The translations under genes and the position numbers were made by a program. Shown in pieces: positions 1 to 8,199 of a DNA stretch of 32,610 nt. A model generated the notes under the pieces. That model was not told the origin of the DNA and did not search any database. It saw only the letters and a list, made by a program, of their open reading frames with translations. The first letter of the stretch is position 1. Every line of letters begins with the position of its first letter. Source of the stretch: a virus (Duplodnaviria; Caudoviricetes); IMG/VR virus record IMGVR_UViG_3300048886_000348, positions 1-32,610 of that record. The stretch is one strand, 5' to 3'.

Positions 1-632
1 CTAATTTTAAATGTTGAAACTGCGTCATAGTATCGTTTAATATAATCGATACGATTCTCTTTATCATATTTGTTAAAGAGTGTCATTGCAATTAACATAT
101 ACATGAACTGAGGTGTCTCAAATACATGCAGTGTTGATCTGTCTTGAACCAAATACTTGTCTACAACTTGTTGAAGACCAGCATAAGTAAAATCTAAATC
201 TCTTCCATGTTTAATGTATGAATCTAATTGACTAATTTCTTCCGTAGAATATTGTTTCAATATAGTTTCATCATAAACATTTAACTTAATGTTCTTTTTT
301 ATAATGTCTAACAATGGTGGATAAATTTCTGAATCCTTCCACTTGGTGTTAAACACCTGTTTTTGTATTGCAAACAATAAAAGTCTTGCAGCTACAAATT
401 GATAATTTGGGTTGTCTAGTGAAATTAGGTCTGATGCAGACTTAACTAAAATCTTTTGAATTTCTTTTGTTGTGATGTCATCATAAAATTGCAGTCCACT
501 GTTCATTTCTACTAATGATTCACTTACACCTGTAATTCCTCTACAAGCTTTTTCTACCATTATATGAATCTTATCTAAATCAATATCAACTCTTTTACCA
601 TCAGACTTGACTACCTTCATGTCATGATTCAT
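1..632 (-). CDS. nrdA: Ribonucleotide reductase class Ia alpha subunit, N-terminal part with ATP cone (runs off window)
   Basis: Not in ORF track; manual translation MNHDMKVVKSDGKRVDIDLDKIHIMVEKACRGITGVSES...DNPNYQFVAARLL...RDLDFTYAGLQQVVDKYLVQDRST...ETPQFMYM; ATGA overlap with primase stop; gp61-nrdA order typical of marine T4-likes. Confidence 0.95.
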   Translation of the reverse strand, partial: MNHDMKVVKSDGKRVDIDLDKIHIMVEKACRGITGVSESLVEMNSGLQFYDDITTKEIQKILVKSASDLISLDNPNYQFVAARLLLFAIQKQVFNTKWKDSEIYPPLLDIIKKNIKLNVYDETILKQYSTEEISQLDSYIKHGRDLDFTYAGLQQVVDKYLVQDRSTLHVFETPQFMYMLIAMTLFNKYDKENRIDYIKRYYDAVSTFKI

Positions 633-1654
633 GTTTTCTTATACTCCATCAATTTCAGTTTAGCTGAAAGACCATCAAATATTGAAGTATTGATAATATC
701 TAAAACATTAGTTTGACTTAACCCATCCATAATCATATCATTTATATCTTTTAACCCATTCACTCTTTTGTTATGCCAAATTACAACCCTGTAACCAAGA
801 TCAATAACCTCTTCTAGTTTTTTAATTATTTCTTTACTACGAGGTTCATTGTCAAAAATGATTACTGCATTGTCTTTGATACTATCGTCTAATTTTTTAA
901 AGTCACTACCACCGACTGCAATACTATTTGGTAGGAATAAACTATCTATTGGCCCTTCTGTCACATAGATCGTTTTTGTTTTGTCCACTTTATTAAGGTT
1001 GTAGATAAGTGAAACATCATCTAGGAATTTCATTGTTAAGTATCTAAGTGGTGAGTCATTCATTGCTCTACCTGATACTCCAACTAATTCCCCATTCTCT
1101 GCAAAGAATGGCAATACGATTCTTGGGTCGTTTCCTAGAACTCGGTCTTTATATTTCTTCGATAAATTTGACAAATGTTGTGAATTATCGACATACCAAA
1201 GTTCTTTTATTTTTTCATCAGGAATCTTTCTATTTTGAAGAAACTCTCTAGAGACAATCTTATCCCATGCTGGCCAACAGACTGCTTTGAGTGTTTCGAC
1301 ACTGATATTTAGTAAATCTTGTTGCGGAGTAAACTTGTATTCATTGGCTGAAAGTAACTTTTTTTCCTTAGGTTTTACACCCTGTTCTTTCAACCATTCT
1401 TTAAGGTATTCCCTATGAATTGTAGGGAAATGATCCTTCATAAAATGAACAGATGAGGTTGCTTTACCACAATTATGGCACTTATAAACAAAGTTTTGTT
1501 CCACCACAAAATGGTATCCCCTTGACTTGTATTGATTCTTTTTTGAATCTCCACAATAGGGACATCTGTGATTTAATGTGTTCTCATTTTTCCATTTTGC
1601 ATGCCCTAGATGGGCTATACACATAGAAAGATATTTTCTTTCTAACCATAGCAT
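629..1654 (-). CDS. gp61: DNA primase (T4 gp61-like)
   Basis: Zn ribbon CPYCGDS...CHNC; TOPRIM motifs YVTEGPIDSLF, IFDNEPR, KDINDM. Confidence 0.95.
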   Translation of the reverse strand: MLWLERKYLSMCIAHLGHAKWKNENTLNHRCPYCGDSKKNQYKSRGYHFVVEQNFVYKCHNCGKATSSVHFMKDHFPTIHREYLKEWLKEQGVKPKEKKLLSANEYKFTPQQDLLNISVETLKAVCWPAWDKIVSREFLQNRKIPDEKIKELWYVDNSQHLSNLSKKYKDRVLGNDPRIVLPFFAENGELVGVSGRAMNDSPLRYLTMKFLDDVSLIYNLNKVDKTKTIYVTEGPIDSLFLPNSIAVGGSDFKKLDDSIKDNAVIIFDNEPRSKEIIKKLEEVIDLGYRVVIWHNKRVNGLKDINDMIMDGLSQTNVLDIINTSIFDGLSAKLKLMEYKKT

Positions 1655-1660
1655 TATACT

Positions 1661-1689
1661 ATTATACTATGATTTAGAGGTATTTACAA
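1661..1689 (-). promoter_or_regulatory. Sigma70-type promoter for primase (TTGTAA-17-TATAAT), 6 nt before ATG
   Basis: -35 at 1684-1689, -10 at 1661-1666, 17-nt spacer. Confidence 0.7.
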
Positions 1690-1696
1690 GAGGGTT

Positions 1697-2056
1697 TTAG
1701 TCTTCTTTTACCATATCAGGACTTTCGTCTGATACAGGTGGGCCTTCCTCTCCATACTCATTACCACCTTCTGTTAAAGGTGCAATTTCGTCTGAATCAG
1801 ATTCGCCATCTTCATTTCCACCTTCTGATAAAGGTGCAATTTCGGGTTCAGATTCAACAAGCAAGATTTTAGATTCTAAATTAGCAACATCTGCGTCATA
1901 TAGAACCATTGCCTCATCTTTCGATTTCTGAGCCATTTCTTTTGCTTCGCCTTCTAAATCATCCGAGAATGAAGGAACTTCTAAATCTTCTATCTTTTGT
2001 TTCAGTTCAGCTACAGCTTCTTCTGTTGTAAGATTTCTTGATTCTTCGTCTGCCAT
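1697..2056 (-). CDS. Hypothetical acidic protein with an internal duplication
   Basis: ORF; GGAG SD precedes ATG at 2056 (MADEESR); late-promoter-like GATAAATA upstream. Confidence 0.7.
   Translation of the reverse strand: MADEESRNLTTEEAVAELKQKIEDLEVPSFSDDLEGEAKEMAQKSKDEAMVLYDADVANLESKILLVESEPEIAPLSEGGNEDGESDSDEIAPLTEGGNEYGEEGPPVSDESPDMVKED
1759..1844. repeat. 32-nt direct repeat (1759-1790 and 1813-1844) encoding EIAPL(S/T)EGGNE
   Basis: cattaccaccttctgttaaaggtgcaatttcg vs catttccaccttctgataaaggtgcaatttcg, 2 mismatches, 54-nt offset. Confidence 0.85.
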
Positions 2057-2085
2057 GGGTTTCTCCAAATTATATTGTTATATGG

Positions 2086-3270
2086 TTATTTATCTTTATT
2101 TATGTTTGGAAGTCTATCTTTTGGGACTTGAATCACATATCTATTCTCAACCACTGGTGGTTGTTTAGTCCCCATAGGTTTTGCAATTAATCCTGTTGAA
2201 CTAATTAATAATAACACTGCTAGTGGATCAAACACAAAAATAATTGCAAAAATGACCCATCTAATCGCATTGTCAATACGGTTGACACTTTCCTCTTGCC
2301 CATAGATAACTTCTGCAACATATTTAACTGGGCCAACTTCCTTCTCAAACCCTAGAATCTCCTGTTCATATACGAATCGTTCATCTCTTAGTCCACTTAT
2401 TACATCATAAATCTCGTCAATTTCCGTATTGATTTCTTCTGACTTTACAATTACCTCATCCTGTGCAGAATTATTTAAGTTTTGAAGTCGCCTTATTTCG
2501 GTGTTTGAAGTGTCAATAGTGTCTTGGGCTTGTTCTCTATAGTCATCTATCTGATCTTGAAACAGGGAAATTTGTTCATTTGTATCCTGTCTTAATCTAT
2601 CTCTTTCGGGTTGTTGTTCTTCTCTTACTTGAACACCCAGTGCAACATTGTCTGTAATGTCTCTATTGAATGCACTACCTGTGGTGACTGTTCCTTGTTC
2701 TGTATAACTTTGAACTATTTGATCAAGTGCAGATATTGAAGTGTTATATCTTTCACGAATATCATCTATCTGTCCCTGTGCATAGTCTATATCACCTTGA
2801 ACCCTGTCCCATGCACCATTTCTTATGTCTTCCTGTGCAGAAACACTTTCTGTTATGTCAAATTGACCACCACCAAGTGTATCAAGTCTGACTGTAAGTG
2901 TCTCTATTTTATTTTCTTCTCTTTGAATTTGAGTGGTGAATCGATCTGCTTCTGCTTGTGCAGCTTGAGTAGCATAAGAAGTGTCTGAGGATGCCTTGGC
3001 AAGGTATCCAAAAATACCCAGTGAAGTAATGAACATGAGAACTACAACTGAAAATGCAAGATAATACTTTTGTTTTCCAAGTATATCCCATTTCAAATGT
3101 AAGTATGCAGCGGTGACAAGTTTACCGAACTCTAAGGCACCTGTCATAATGACAACACCTAGATATGCTCCAGCAAATATTGTAGCAAGACCAATAACCG
3201 AAAAGTATGCTGCGATTCCAGCAATTCCGATTGAACTCACCAATGCAAGGTAATTCAGAAACTTGTTCAT
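2086..3270 (-). CDS. Membrane protein with about three N-terminal TM helices, a long coiled coil and a C-terminal TM helix
   Basis: Hydrophobic N-terminus (AAYFSVIGLATIF...ALEFGKLV...GIFGYL), Q/E-rich heptads, IIFVFDPLAVLLLI. Confidence 0.8.
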   Translation of the reverse strand: MNKFLNYLALVSSIGIAGIAAYFSVIGLATIFAGAYLGVVIMTGALEFGKLVTAAYLHLKWDILGKQKYYLAFSVVVLMFITSLGIFGYLAKASSDTSYATQAAQAEADRFTTQIQREENKIETLTVRLDTLGGGQFDITESVSAQEDIRNGAWDRVQGDIDYAQGQIDDIRERYNTSISALDQIVQSYTEQGTVTTGSAFNRDITDNVALGVQVREEQQPERDRLRQDTNEQISLFQDQIDDYREQAQDTIDTSNTEIRRLQNLNNSAQDEVIVKSEEINTEIDEIYDVISGLRDERFVYEQEILGFEKEVGPVKYVAEVIYGQEESVNRIDNAIRWVIFAIIFVFDPLAVLLLISSTGLIAKPMGTKQPPVVENRYVIQVPKDRLPNINKDK

Positions 3271-3277
3271 AATATAG

Positions 3278-3556
3278 TTATTTCTCTAAGGCAGCTCTTT
3301 TCCAAATCTCATACTGTTTTTTCTTTCTTACTATAGGTTTATCTGTAGATACAGCAGCCCCTGTTGCATTTATAGGTGCTTCTTCACCCATTGCTAACTG
3401 TGTTTTCTTCCACTCTGCTGCCCATTGTTTGACTTGTTTAAGATCAACACCATATTTCTTTGCGATCTTGTTTAGATTCAAGCCATCTTCAATGTCTGCA
3501 GCGATCTTTGAAAAATACCCTTCGTTAAATTGTTTAAATGTTTTAATATAAGTCAT
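3278..3556 (-). CDS. Small hypothetical protein, probable head-internal protein
   Basis: N-terminus MTYIKTFKQFNE resembles T4 capsid-targeting sequence. Confidence 0.65.
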   Translation of the reverse strand: MTYIKTFKQFNEGYFSKIAADIEDGLNLNKIAKKYGVDLKQVKQWAAEWKKTQLAMGEEAPINATGAAVSTDKPIVRKKKQYEIWKRAALEK

Positions 3557-4136
3557 CTGCTGTTACCAATACCCTCTCATTTTGTGAAAAACCAACATAT
3601 AAATTAATACCAAAAATATTACTATGTTCTGCAACAACTTCTATCTCTCCTTTAAGTGGATAAATCTTGTTGTTTTGTTCTAATGGTCGTCTAAATCGAT
3701 ATTTAATTCCTGTCCCAACTACAGGTAATTCATTAATTTCTGTAATCATGTGGGCTTTAAGAATATCATTGTCTTTTAGATAACGATAAAACTTTTCACA
3801 TAGTTCATTCATTTGATCTTCATCCATTTCTGCTTCTTCTTTTAACAGTGCAAGTGCAACTGCATAAGAGGCGAATGCTGTTTTTCCAAACGGAACTTTG
3901 TTTATTATTTTTTTCAAGTTAAAGACTAACCTATGTAAAGGTGTCAAAGATGCCTTTTCTTCCGATGTTTTAGGTTTATTTGGAATTAATTGATTTTTAT
4001 TTTCGGGATGTGCTTTACTTTTAATCCGTTTCCCAGTCTTATCAATGAACCCAAGTTTGTATGCAGATTGTTTTTCCCAAGGTGTTGTTAACATCTTGAG
4101 TATTCTGAATACAATTAGTGTGTCTATAACTCTCAT
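3543..4136 (-). CDS. Conserved T4-like phage hypothetical protein
   Basis: FRILKMLTTPW...AYKLGFID...LHRLVFNLKKII...YAVALALLKE pattern familiar from marine myoviruses; late promoter CATAAATA 5 nt upstream. Confidence 0.75.
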   Translation of the reverse strand: MRVIDTLIVFRILKMLTTPWEKQSAYKLGFIDKTGKRIKSKAHPENKNQLIPNKPKTSEEKASLTPLHRLVFNLKKIINKVPFGKTAFASYAVALALLKEEAEMDEDQMNELCEKFYRYLKDNDILKAHMITEINELPVVGTGIKYRFRRPLEQNNKIYPLKGEIEVVAEHSNIFGINLYVGFSQNERVLVTADDLY

Positions 4137-4141
4137 ATATC

Positions 4142-4149
4142 TATTTATG
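4142..4149 (-). promoter_or_regulatory. T4-like late promoter (CATAAATA)
   Basis: Matches NATAAATA; 5 nt from ATG at 4136. Confidence 0.6.
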
Positions 4150-4161
4150 TGAAATGAATGG

Positions 4162-4238
4162 TGGAGCTGGTGGTCAGATTCGAACTGACGACCTGAGGTT
4201 TACAAAACCCCTGCTCTGGCCAACTGAGCTACACCAGC
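4162..4238 (-). tRNA. trnT: tRNA-Thr(UGU)
   Basis: GCTGGTG/CACCAGC acceptor stem, TAGCTCAGTTGG D-arm, anticodon loop TTTGTAA, GTTCGAATC T-loop, encoded CCA. Confidence 0.96.
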
Positions 4239-4613
4239 TTATAGTTCTCTTAATCTTTGTGCAAGAACATCATCTATTGGTATATCTGTTTCCCAGTCTT
4301 CCCCGATATAACCGAGATATAACAACATAGTTTTGATAGAAGACCAATAACTGTCTTCATTTATTTTGAATTGTAACATCCTCATACATGGATCAAATCC
4401 AAATACATTGAAGAGTGTTATTAGGTGGTTTAACATTAACCGTTCTCTCAGTTCACCATTTTCATGGTATCTGTGGAGTAGTCGTTTGAGGTATCTAAAT
4501 CTACGAACATCCTCTTGAAAGTCATCAATGTCGATGCACTGAGGATCATCGTAGTTGTTTAAGGCATAAGCCTGAAAATTCTTCGCGGTGAGTTTGTCAA
4601 ACACAATAGTCAT
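4239..4613 (-). CDS. Conserved T4-like phage hypothetical protein
   Basis: NF..YA..NYDDPQC....F.ED..RF.YLKRLL.RY...ELRERLMLNH pattern typical of marine myoviruses. Confidence 0.8.
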   Translation of the reverse strand: MTIVFDKLTAKNFQAYALNNYDDPQCIDIDDFQEDVRRFRYLKRLLHRYHENGELRERLMLNHLITLFNVFGFDPCMRMLQFKINEDSYWSSIKTMLLYLGYIGEDWETDIPIDDVLAQRLREL

Positions 4614-4630
4614 GATATAAAGATATTTAG

Positions 4631-4648
4631 TGGGTCAGGAATGACCCA
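4631..4648. other. Intergenic perfect hairpin TGGGTCA-N4-TGACCCA
   Basis: 7-bp stem just after the stop of 4653..5057; no downstream U-tract on minus strand, so not a canonical terminator. Confidence 0.5.
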
Positions 4649-4652
4649 AAAA

Positions 4653-5057
4653 TTAAGAAAAGTTTGCGTAAACTTTATAACTGCCAGTTTCTAATTGTTC
4701 GTATTTAACTGATAAGGTATAATTTCTTGATTCATGTTCGATTTCATCAAAAGGTGTATCTACTGATTTACCTGTGATGTCACCGTATCTTGACATTTGA
4801 ATATCTAATGTTCCACTTTCACTAAATTCTCTGTCACCATCTTGAGGAGCTAAACCGAGTAATGAAAGTTTTGCTTCCATTTGACCGATTGCAGCCTCAG
4901 GTGTCATATATTCTGAACTTGCAGTATGACCTAGAATTGCGTTTATTTTTCTTTGAACATCAGGATCATCAATATCGTGAGGAACATGCTGAGAGGATAG
5001 TCCAGCATCTTCTTGATGTCCGTATTGTTCTTCTATAAATTGACTAAATTTTTTCAT
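4653..5057 (-). CDS. Hypothetical protein, probable head-internal protein
   Basis: N-terminus MKKFSQFIEE closely resembles T4 IPIII capsid-targeting sequence MKTYQEFIAE. Confidence 0.7.
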   Translation of the reverse strand: MKKFSQFIEEQYGHQEDAGLSSQHVPHDIDDPDVQRKINAILGHTASSEYMTPEAAIGQMEAKLSLLGLAPQDGDREFSESGTLDIQMSRYGDITGKSVDTPFDEIEHESRNYTLSVKYEQLETGSYKVYANFS

Positions 5058-5065
5058 TGTTTTTC

Positions 5066-5326
5066 CTAAGTTGTAGTAGCAACACCAACACCTAACACTT
5101 CTGCATGTGCAGCGAATACTTCATCAGAAGCTGTTTTATCAACAAACTCCACTGTTCCTGCTTTAAGTGTAAATGTTCCTATTAATACATTTGCAGCTGT
5201 TTCTACAGAAACAACCCTATCGGTTGCCCCTGAGTTATATAACCTGACTACAGTCGAACCAAAGTTCGAACCGTTTGTAGTCGATGTTCCACAAGCTGCT
5301 TCAGAGCCTATAACCTTTGTTTTCAT
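5066..5326 (-). CDS. Small beta-rich putative virion protein
   Basis: G/T/A/V-rich ORF co-oriented with the adjacent structural gene. Confidence 0.65.
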   Translation of the reverse strand: MKTKVIGSEAACGTSTTNGSNFGSTVVRLYNSGATDRVVSVETAANVLIGTFTLKAGTVEFVDKTASDEVFAAHAEVLGVGVATTT

Positions 5327-5340
5327 GGTCTAAGTTCCGA

Positions 5341-5919
5341 TTATGCTACAGCTGTTAGTGATCCAGCAAGTGTTCCGATTCCAGCAGCAGAAGTAATGGT
5401 TGCGTTTCCACCACCAACTGTATCTACTATTGTTGAACCACCTGCGTGGGCTACAGCATTTGCACCAAAACTCAATACATCATCAGCAGCGATAGCAGCA
5501 TTACCTGCTCCGATTACTAATGAGAAAGTGAGTTGGTTAGTTGTTGAACCTGATGCGTATACTAAGACATGTGGCCCTCTACCTGATCCACTACCTTCGT
5601 TACCATTGGTAACTGATAAAGTAGGTGAACCTGTTACGGTCACAGCTTCGTTATAACTTACAGTTGCAGATAATGTTCCACCAGCTGAGACATCCCATGC
5701 TGTTGAAACCCAATCTATAGCAGAAATGTCTGCTTGACCTAAATCTGTTGCAAGACCTGTATTACTTCCAACAGCAACTAAAAGTTCCTCTTGGACTCTT
5801 GCCCCTACAACCTTTCTTAGCACCCAACCAGCGGCTGATGCGAAAGTGTTTGATTTATCTGTTGCTGACAAATATTTAGGTTTTGCTTCGTCAGCGTCTG
5901 ATATTCCCCATAATGCCAT
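5341..5919 (-). CDS. Putative virion structural protein with C-terminal Ig-like domain
   Basis: MALWG...KPKYL...AGWV N-terminus; YNEAVTVTGSPTL...YASGSTTNQLTF Ig-like signature; GGAG SD. Confidence 0.7.
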   Translation of the reverse strand: MALWGISDADEAKPKYLSATDKSNTFASAAGWVLRKVVGARVQEELLVAVGSNTGLATDLGQADISAIDWVSTAWDVSAGGTLSATVSYNEAVTVTGSPTLSVTNGNEGSGSGRGPHVLVYASGSTTNQLTFSLVIGAGNAAIAADDVLSFGANAVAHAGGSTIVDTVGGGNATITSAAGIGTLAGSLTAVA

Positions 5920-5923
5920 TTTT

Positions 5924-6469
5924 CTATCCTCTCCATTGTTTCAATATAAAATTGAAAGTTTTTTTAAATGTTCTCTGATCCTTTTGGAGCAGTCTTACAT
6001 ATTTAGACCGTTCCTGTGGTTTAAGACTGTCTAAAGCGTGATAAACTTGGACTGCCTCTTTCCACTTGATCTTCGTTTTCTTCATGTCATCAGTTCTAAT
6101 TTCTGCGTCCTTTTTCAAGTCCTCAAAACCTTTCAACTGCATAAACATGTTTGCATCAGGTCTTAACTGTATCCCTGATGCTTTACTGCTCATTGCCATT
6201 AAGGCACGATCAATAATATCATCATCACTTGCTTCCGAGTATTTCCCACCTGCCATTGTAGATATTTTATCTAACTTTGCCCTCAAATCCTTTTCAGTCT
6301 TTGACTGGGAAACTGCTCTCGCAACTTTTTTATTGCCTGCATCGGACATCATTCCGAAATCTGCAACAACTTCCATCATTTGTCGCACTTTAAGTGCTTG
6401 ATCTTTAATGTAACCTAATTTCTTAAGCTTTTCTTTAAAGACCCTATATCTTGCATCTACGCGATCCAT
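5924..6469 (-). CDS. Hypothetical basic protein (late block)
   Basis: 181-aa ORF in a tightly packed operon. Confidence 0.7.
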   Translation of the reverse strand: MDRVDARYRVFKEKLKKLGYIKDQALKVRQMMEVVADFGMMSDAGNKKVARAVSQSKTEKDLRAKLDKISTMAGGKYSEASDDDIIDRALMAMSSKASGIQLRPDANMFMQLKGFEDLKKDAEIRTDDMKKTKIKWKEAVQVYHALDSLKPQERSKYVRLLQKDQRTFKKTFNFILKQWRG

Positions 6470-6474
6470 GATGG

Positions 6475-6693
6475 TTAGTCCGACTCTTTATCGCCTTTCC
6501 AGTTCTTGTCGATATAGTCGTAAAATTCTTTTTCTTTGTCCCCTTTTAACTCGGCAGGAGACTCAACACCAAACTTTTTTAATGCTGACTGAAAAAACTT
6601 CTGATATTCTGCTTTATCACCAGTTTCTTCTTGGTAATTCAGTAAATCTCTTACTGAATCTATTAATCCTTGTGGTAAATCTTTTATATTCAT
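6475..6693 (-). CDS. Small conserved phage hypothetical protein
   Basis: YQKFFQSALKKFGVESPAEL...KEFYDYIDKNW module following a YQEE junction. Confidence 0.7.
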   Translation of the reverse strand: MNIKDLPQGLIDSVRDLLNYQEETGDKAEYQKFFQSALKKFGVESPAELKGDKEKEFYDYIDKNWKGDKESD

Positions 6694-6959
6694 CTTGCTG
6701 TCCTTATATCAACATCATTTGGTTTAATTCTCATTTTAGATAATACTTTTTCTATTTCTGATCCACCCCAAACTGGATGAATATTTTTAATTTCAATAGA
6801 ATCACCATCGTCCATTACATCTGCACCTCTACCCATTTTCCTTTCTGCTTTCTTTAAAGCCTTTAATAAATCGTCCTTTACCTTAGGGTCTATGTCCATT
6901 ATAGTGATATTATCTTCTTGCAAGATATTTCTTTCTTTTAACTCTTGCCAGTAGTTCAC
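6690..6959 (-). CDS. Small hypothetical protein
   Basis: GTGA overlap start; N-terminus MNYWQELKE shared with 7849..8190. Confidence 0.65.
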   Translation of the reverse strand: MNYWQELKERNILQEDNITIMDIDPKVKDDLLKALKKAERKMGRGADVMDDGDSIEIKNIHPVWGGSEIEKVLSKMRIKPNDVDIRTAR

Positions 6960-7513
6960 TGTTTCAGACTTCCATTCTCAAAATAATCAAACATCTGTTG
7001 TTTACCTTGTTCATTGAGTCTTAACTGTTTTGCAAGTCTACCCAACATGTTTTTTTCAGTGAGTTTTTCTACAGTTTTTTCAACTGAAATCTTTTCTTCT
7101 TTAACTTCCTCAACTTCCTTAACAACACCTTCATCCATATCATCTAACAAGCCATCAAGAACATGATCTGCATGATCAGGATCATCAGTCTTAATTAAAC
7201 CTTTCTCATAAGCATGTCTCAACAATGCCATCTCTAAAGGACTTCTGAATTTTGGTAAATTCCCACCAAGTTTAGCAATATCTCTCTTGAATTTCTTTTT
7301 AATCTGATCTAGAGATAAGGCACGACCTTCATTCAATTCATGGTTGCAAGTTGGACAAACTTCGGCTTTTTCGTCTATCTCTTGAAGTAATAATTCGATT
7401 TCTTCATCTACTTGAGATTTTTCTTCTTTAACTTCTACAGGTTTTTCTTCCTGTATAGTAAAAGCCCGAACTTCCTCTAATTTGTCTTTCCAGTTTTCTG
7501 ATTTGTAACTCAT
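6956..7513 (-). CDS. Hypothetical Glu/Lys-rich protein with CxxC, probable head protein
   Basis: ORF preceded by perfect TATAAATA; many (L/I/V)xE motifs. Confidence 0.7.
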   Translation of the reverse strand: MSYKSENWKDKLEEVRAFTIQEEKPVEVKEEKSQVDEEIELLLQEIDEKAEVCPTCNHELNEGRALSLDQIKKKFKRDIAKLGGNLPKFRSPLEMALLRHAYEKGLIKTDDPDHADHVLDGLLDDMDEGVVKEVEEVKEEKISVEKTVEKLTEKNMLGRLAKQLRLNEQGKQQMFDYFENGSLKQ

Positions 7514-7518
7514 AGTAT

Positions 7519-7526
7519 TATTTATA
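7519..7526 (-). promoter_or_regulatory. T4 late promoter TATAAATA
   Basis: Exact gp55 consensus, 5 nt from ATG at 7513. Confidence 0.75.
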
Positions 7527-7833
7527 AGATTGGATTACTTGTCTGTGGTTGAAATAACTCTTCCACTCTTAGAACTAACTTATCTAGTCCTTTAATCAAT
7601 CTACATGCTCCTCTTGATGATAATGAGTAGTCTTTACCTACTTCTAATTTAATGGGCGTGTCTTCTCTTAATTCGAGTTGCCACCCACTGCCTTGTAATA
7701 TGTGTATAGTTTGGATTGAGTTGGAACGGTGCCATTTTATTTCTTCTTTGAAGGTTAATATACGATATTTCCTATCCGTTCCGTGTTTGGTATGGACTGT
7801 TTCAGTGTATGCTAAGTTGTCTTCCAACTTCAC
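7522..7833 (-). CDS. Small cupin-like phage protein
   Basis: KWHR....TIHILQGSGWQLEL...PIKLEVG...RLIKG...LVLRVEE beta-barrel pattern; GGAG SD with GTG start. Confidence 0.6.
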   Translation of the reverse strand: MKLEDNLAYTETVHTKHGTDRKYRILTFKEEIKWHRSNSIQTIHILQGSGWQLELREDTPIKLEVGKDYSLSSRGACRLIKGLDKLVLRVEELFQPQTSNPIL

Positions 7834-7848
7834 TCTCCTAATTATATG

Positions 7849-8190
7849 TTAGACCGCCCAGTCTTTTTGCCAGCCAGGCCTATATGTGGTGTAATCACCA
7901 TCTTTTGAAATGTTTTTTCTACCTTTATCAACAACTTTACCGTTGACTTTAATAATTCTTTGACCAGCGAAGTGTGCAATAACTTTATCGACCAGTTTTT
8001 TATCAGCTTTTCCTGATATATTTATAACATGATTTGCACCCTTAGACCATGAGACTGTAACCCCTTTAGCTTTACCTTCACCTTCGTAGTTATCTCGTCC
8101 TTTTTGTTTGAACTTAAATTCAGCACCTTTTCGGTGATCCCATTGATATTTCTTGTCGAGTTCTTTTAATTCTTGCCAATAATTTCCCAT
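7849..8190 (-). CDS. Hypothetical basic protein
   Basis: N-terminus MGNYWQELKE shared with 6690..6959. Confidence 0.65.
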   Translation of the reverse strand: MGNYWQELKELDKKYQWDHRKGAEFKFKQKGRDNYEGEGKAKGVTVSWSKGANHVINISGKADKKLVDKVIAHFAGQRIIKVNGKVVDKGRKNISKDGDYTTYRPGWQKDWAV

Positions 8191-8199
8191 TTTAGTTAC

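Noticed and set aside
4631-4652. Hairpin as rho-independent terminator
   Set aside because: On the coding strand the T-run precedes the stem rather than following it
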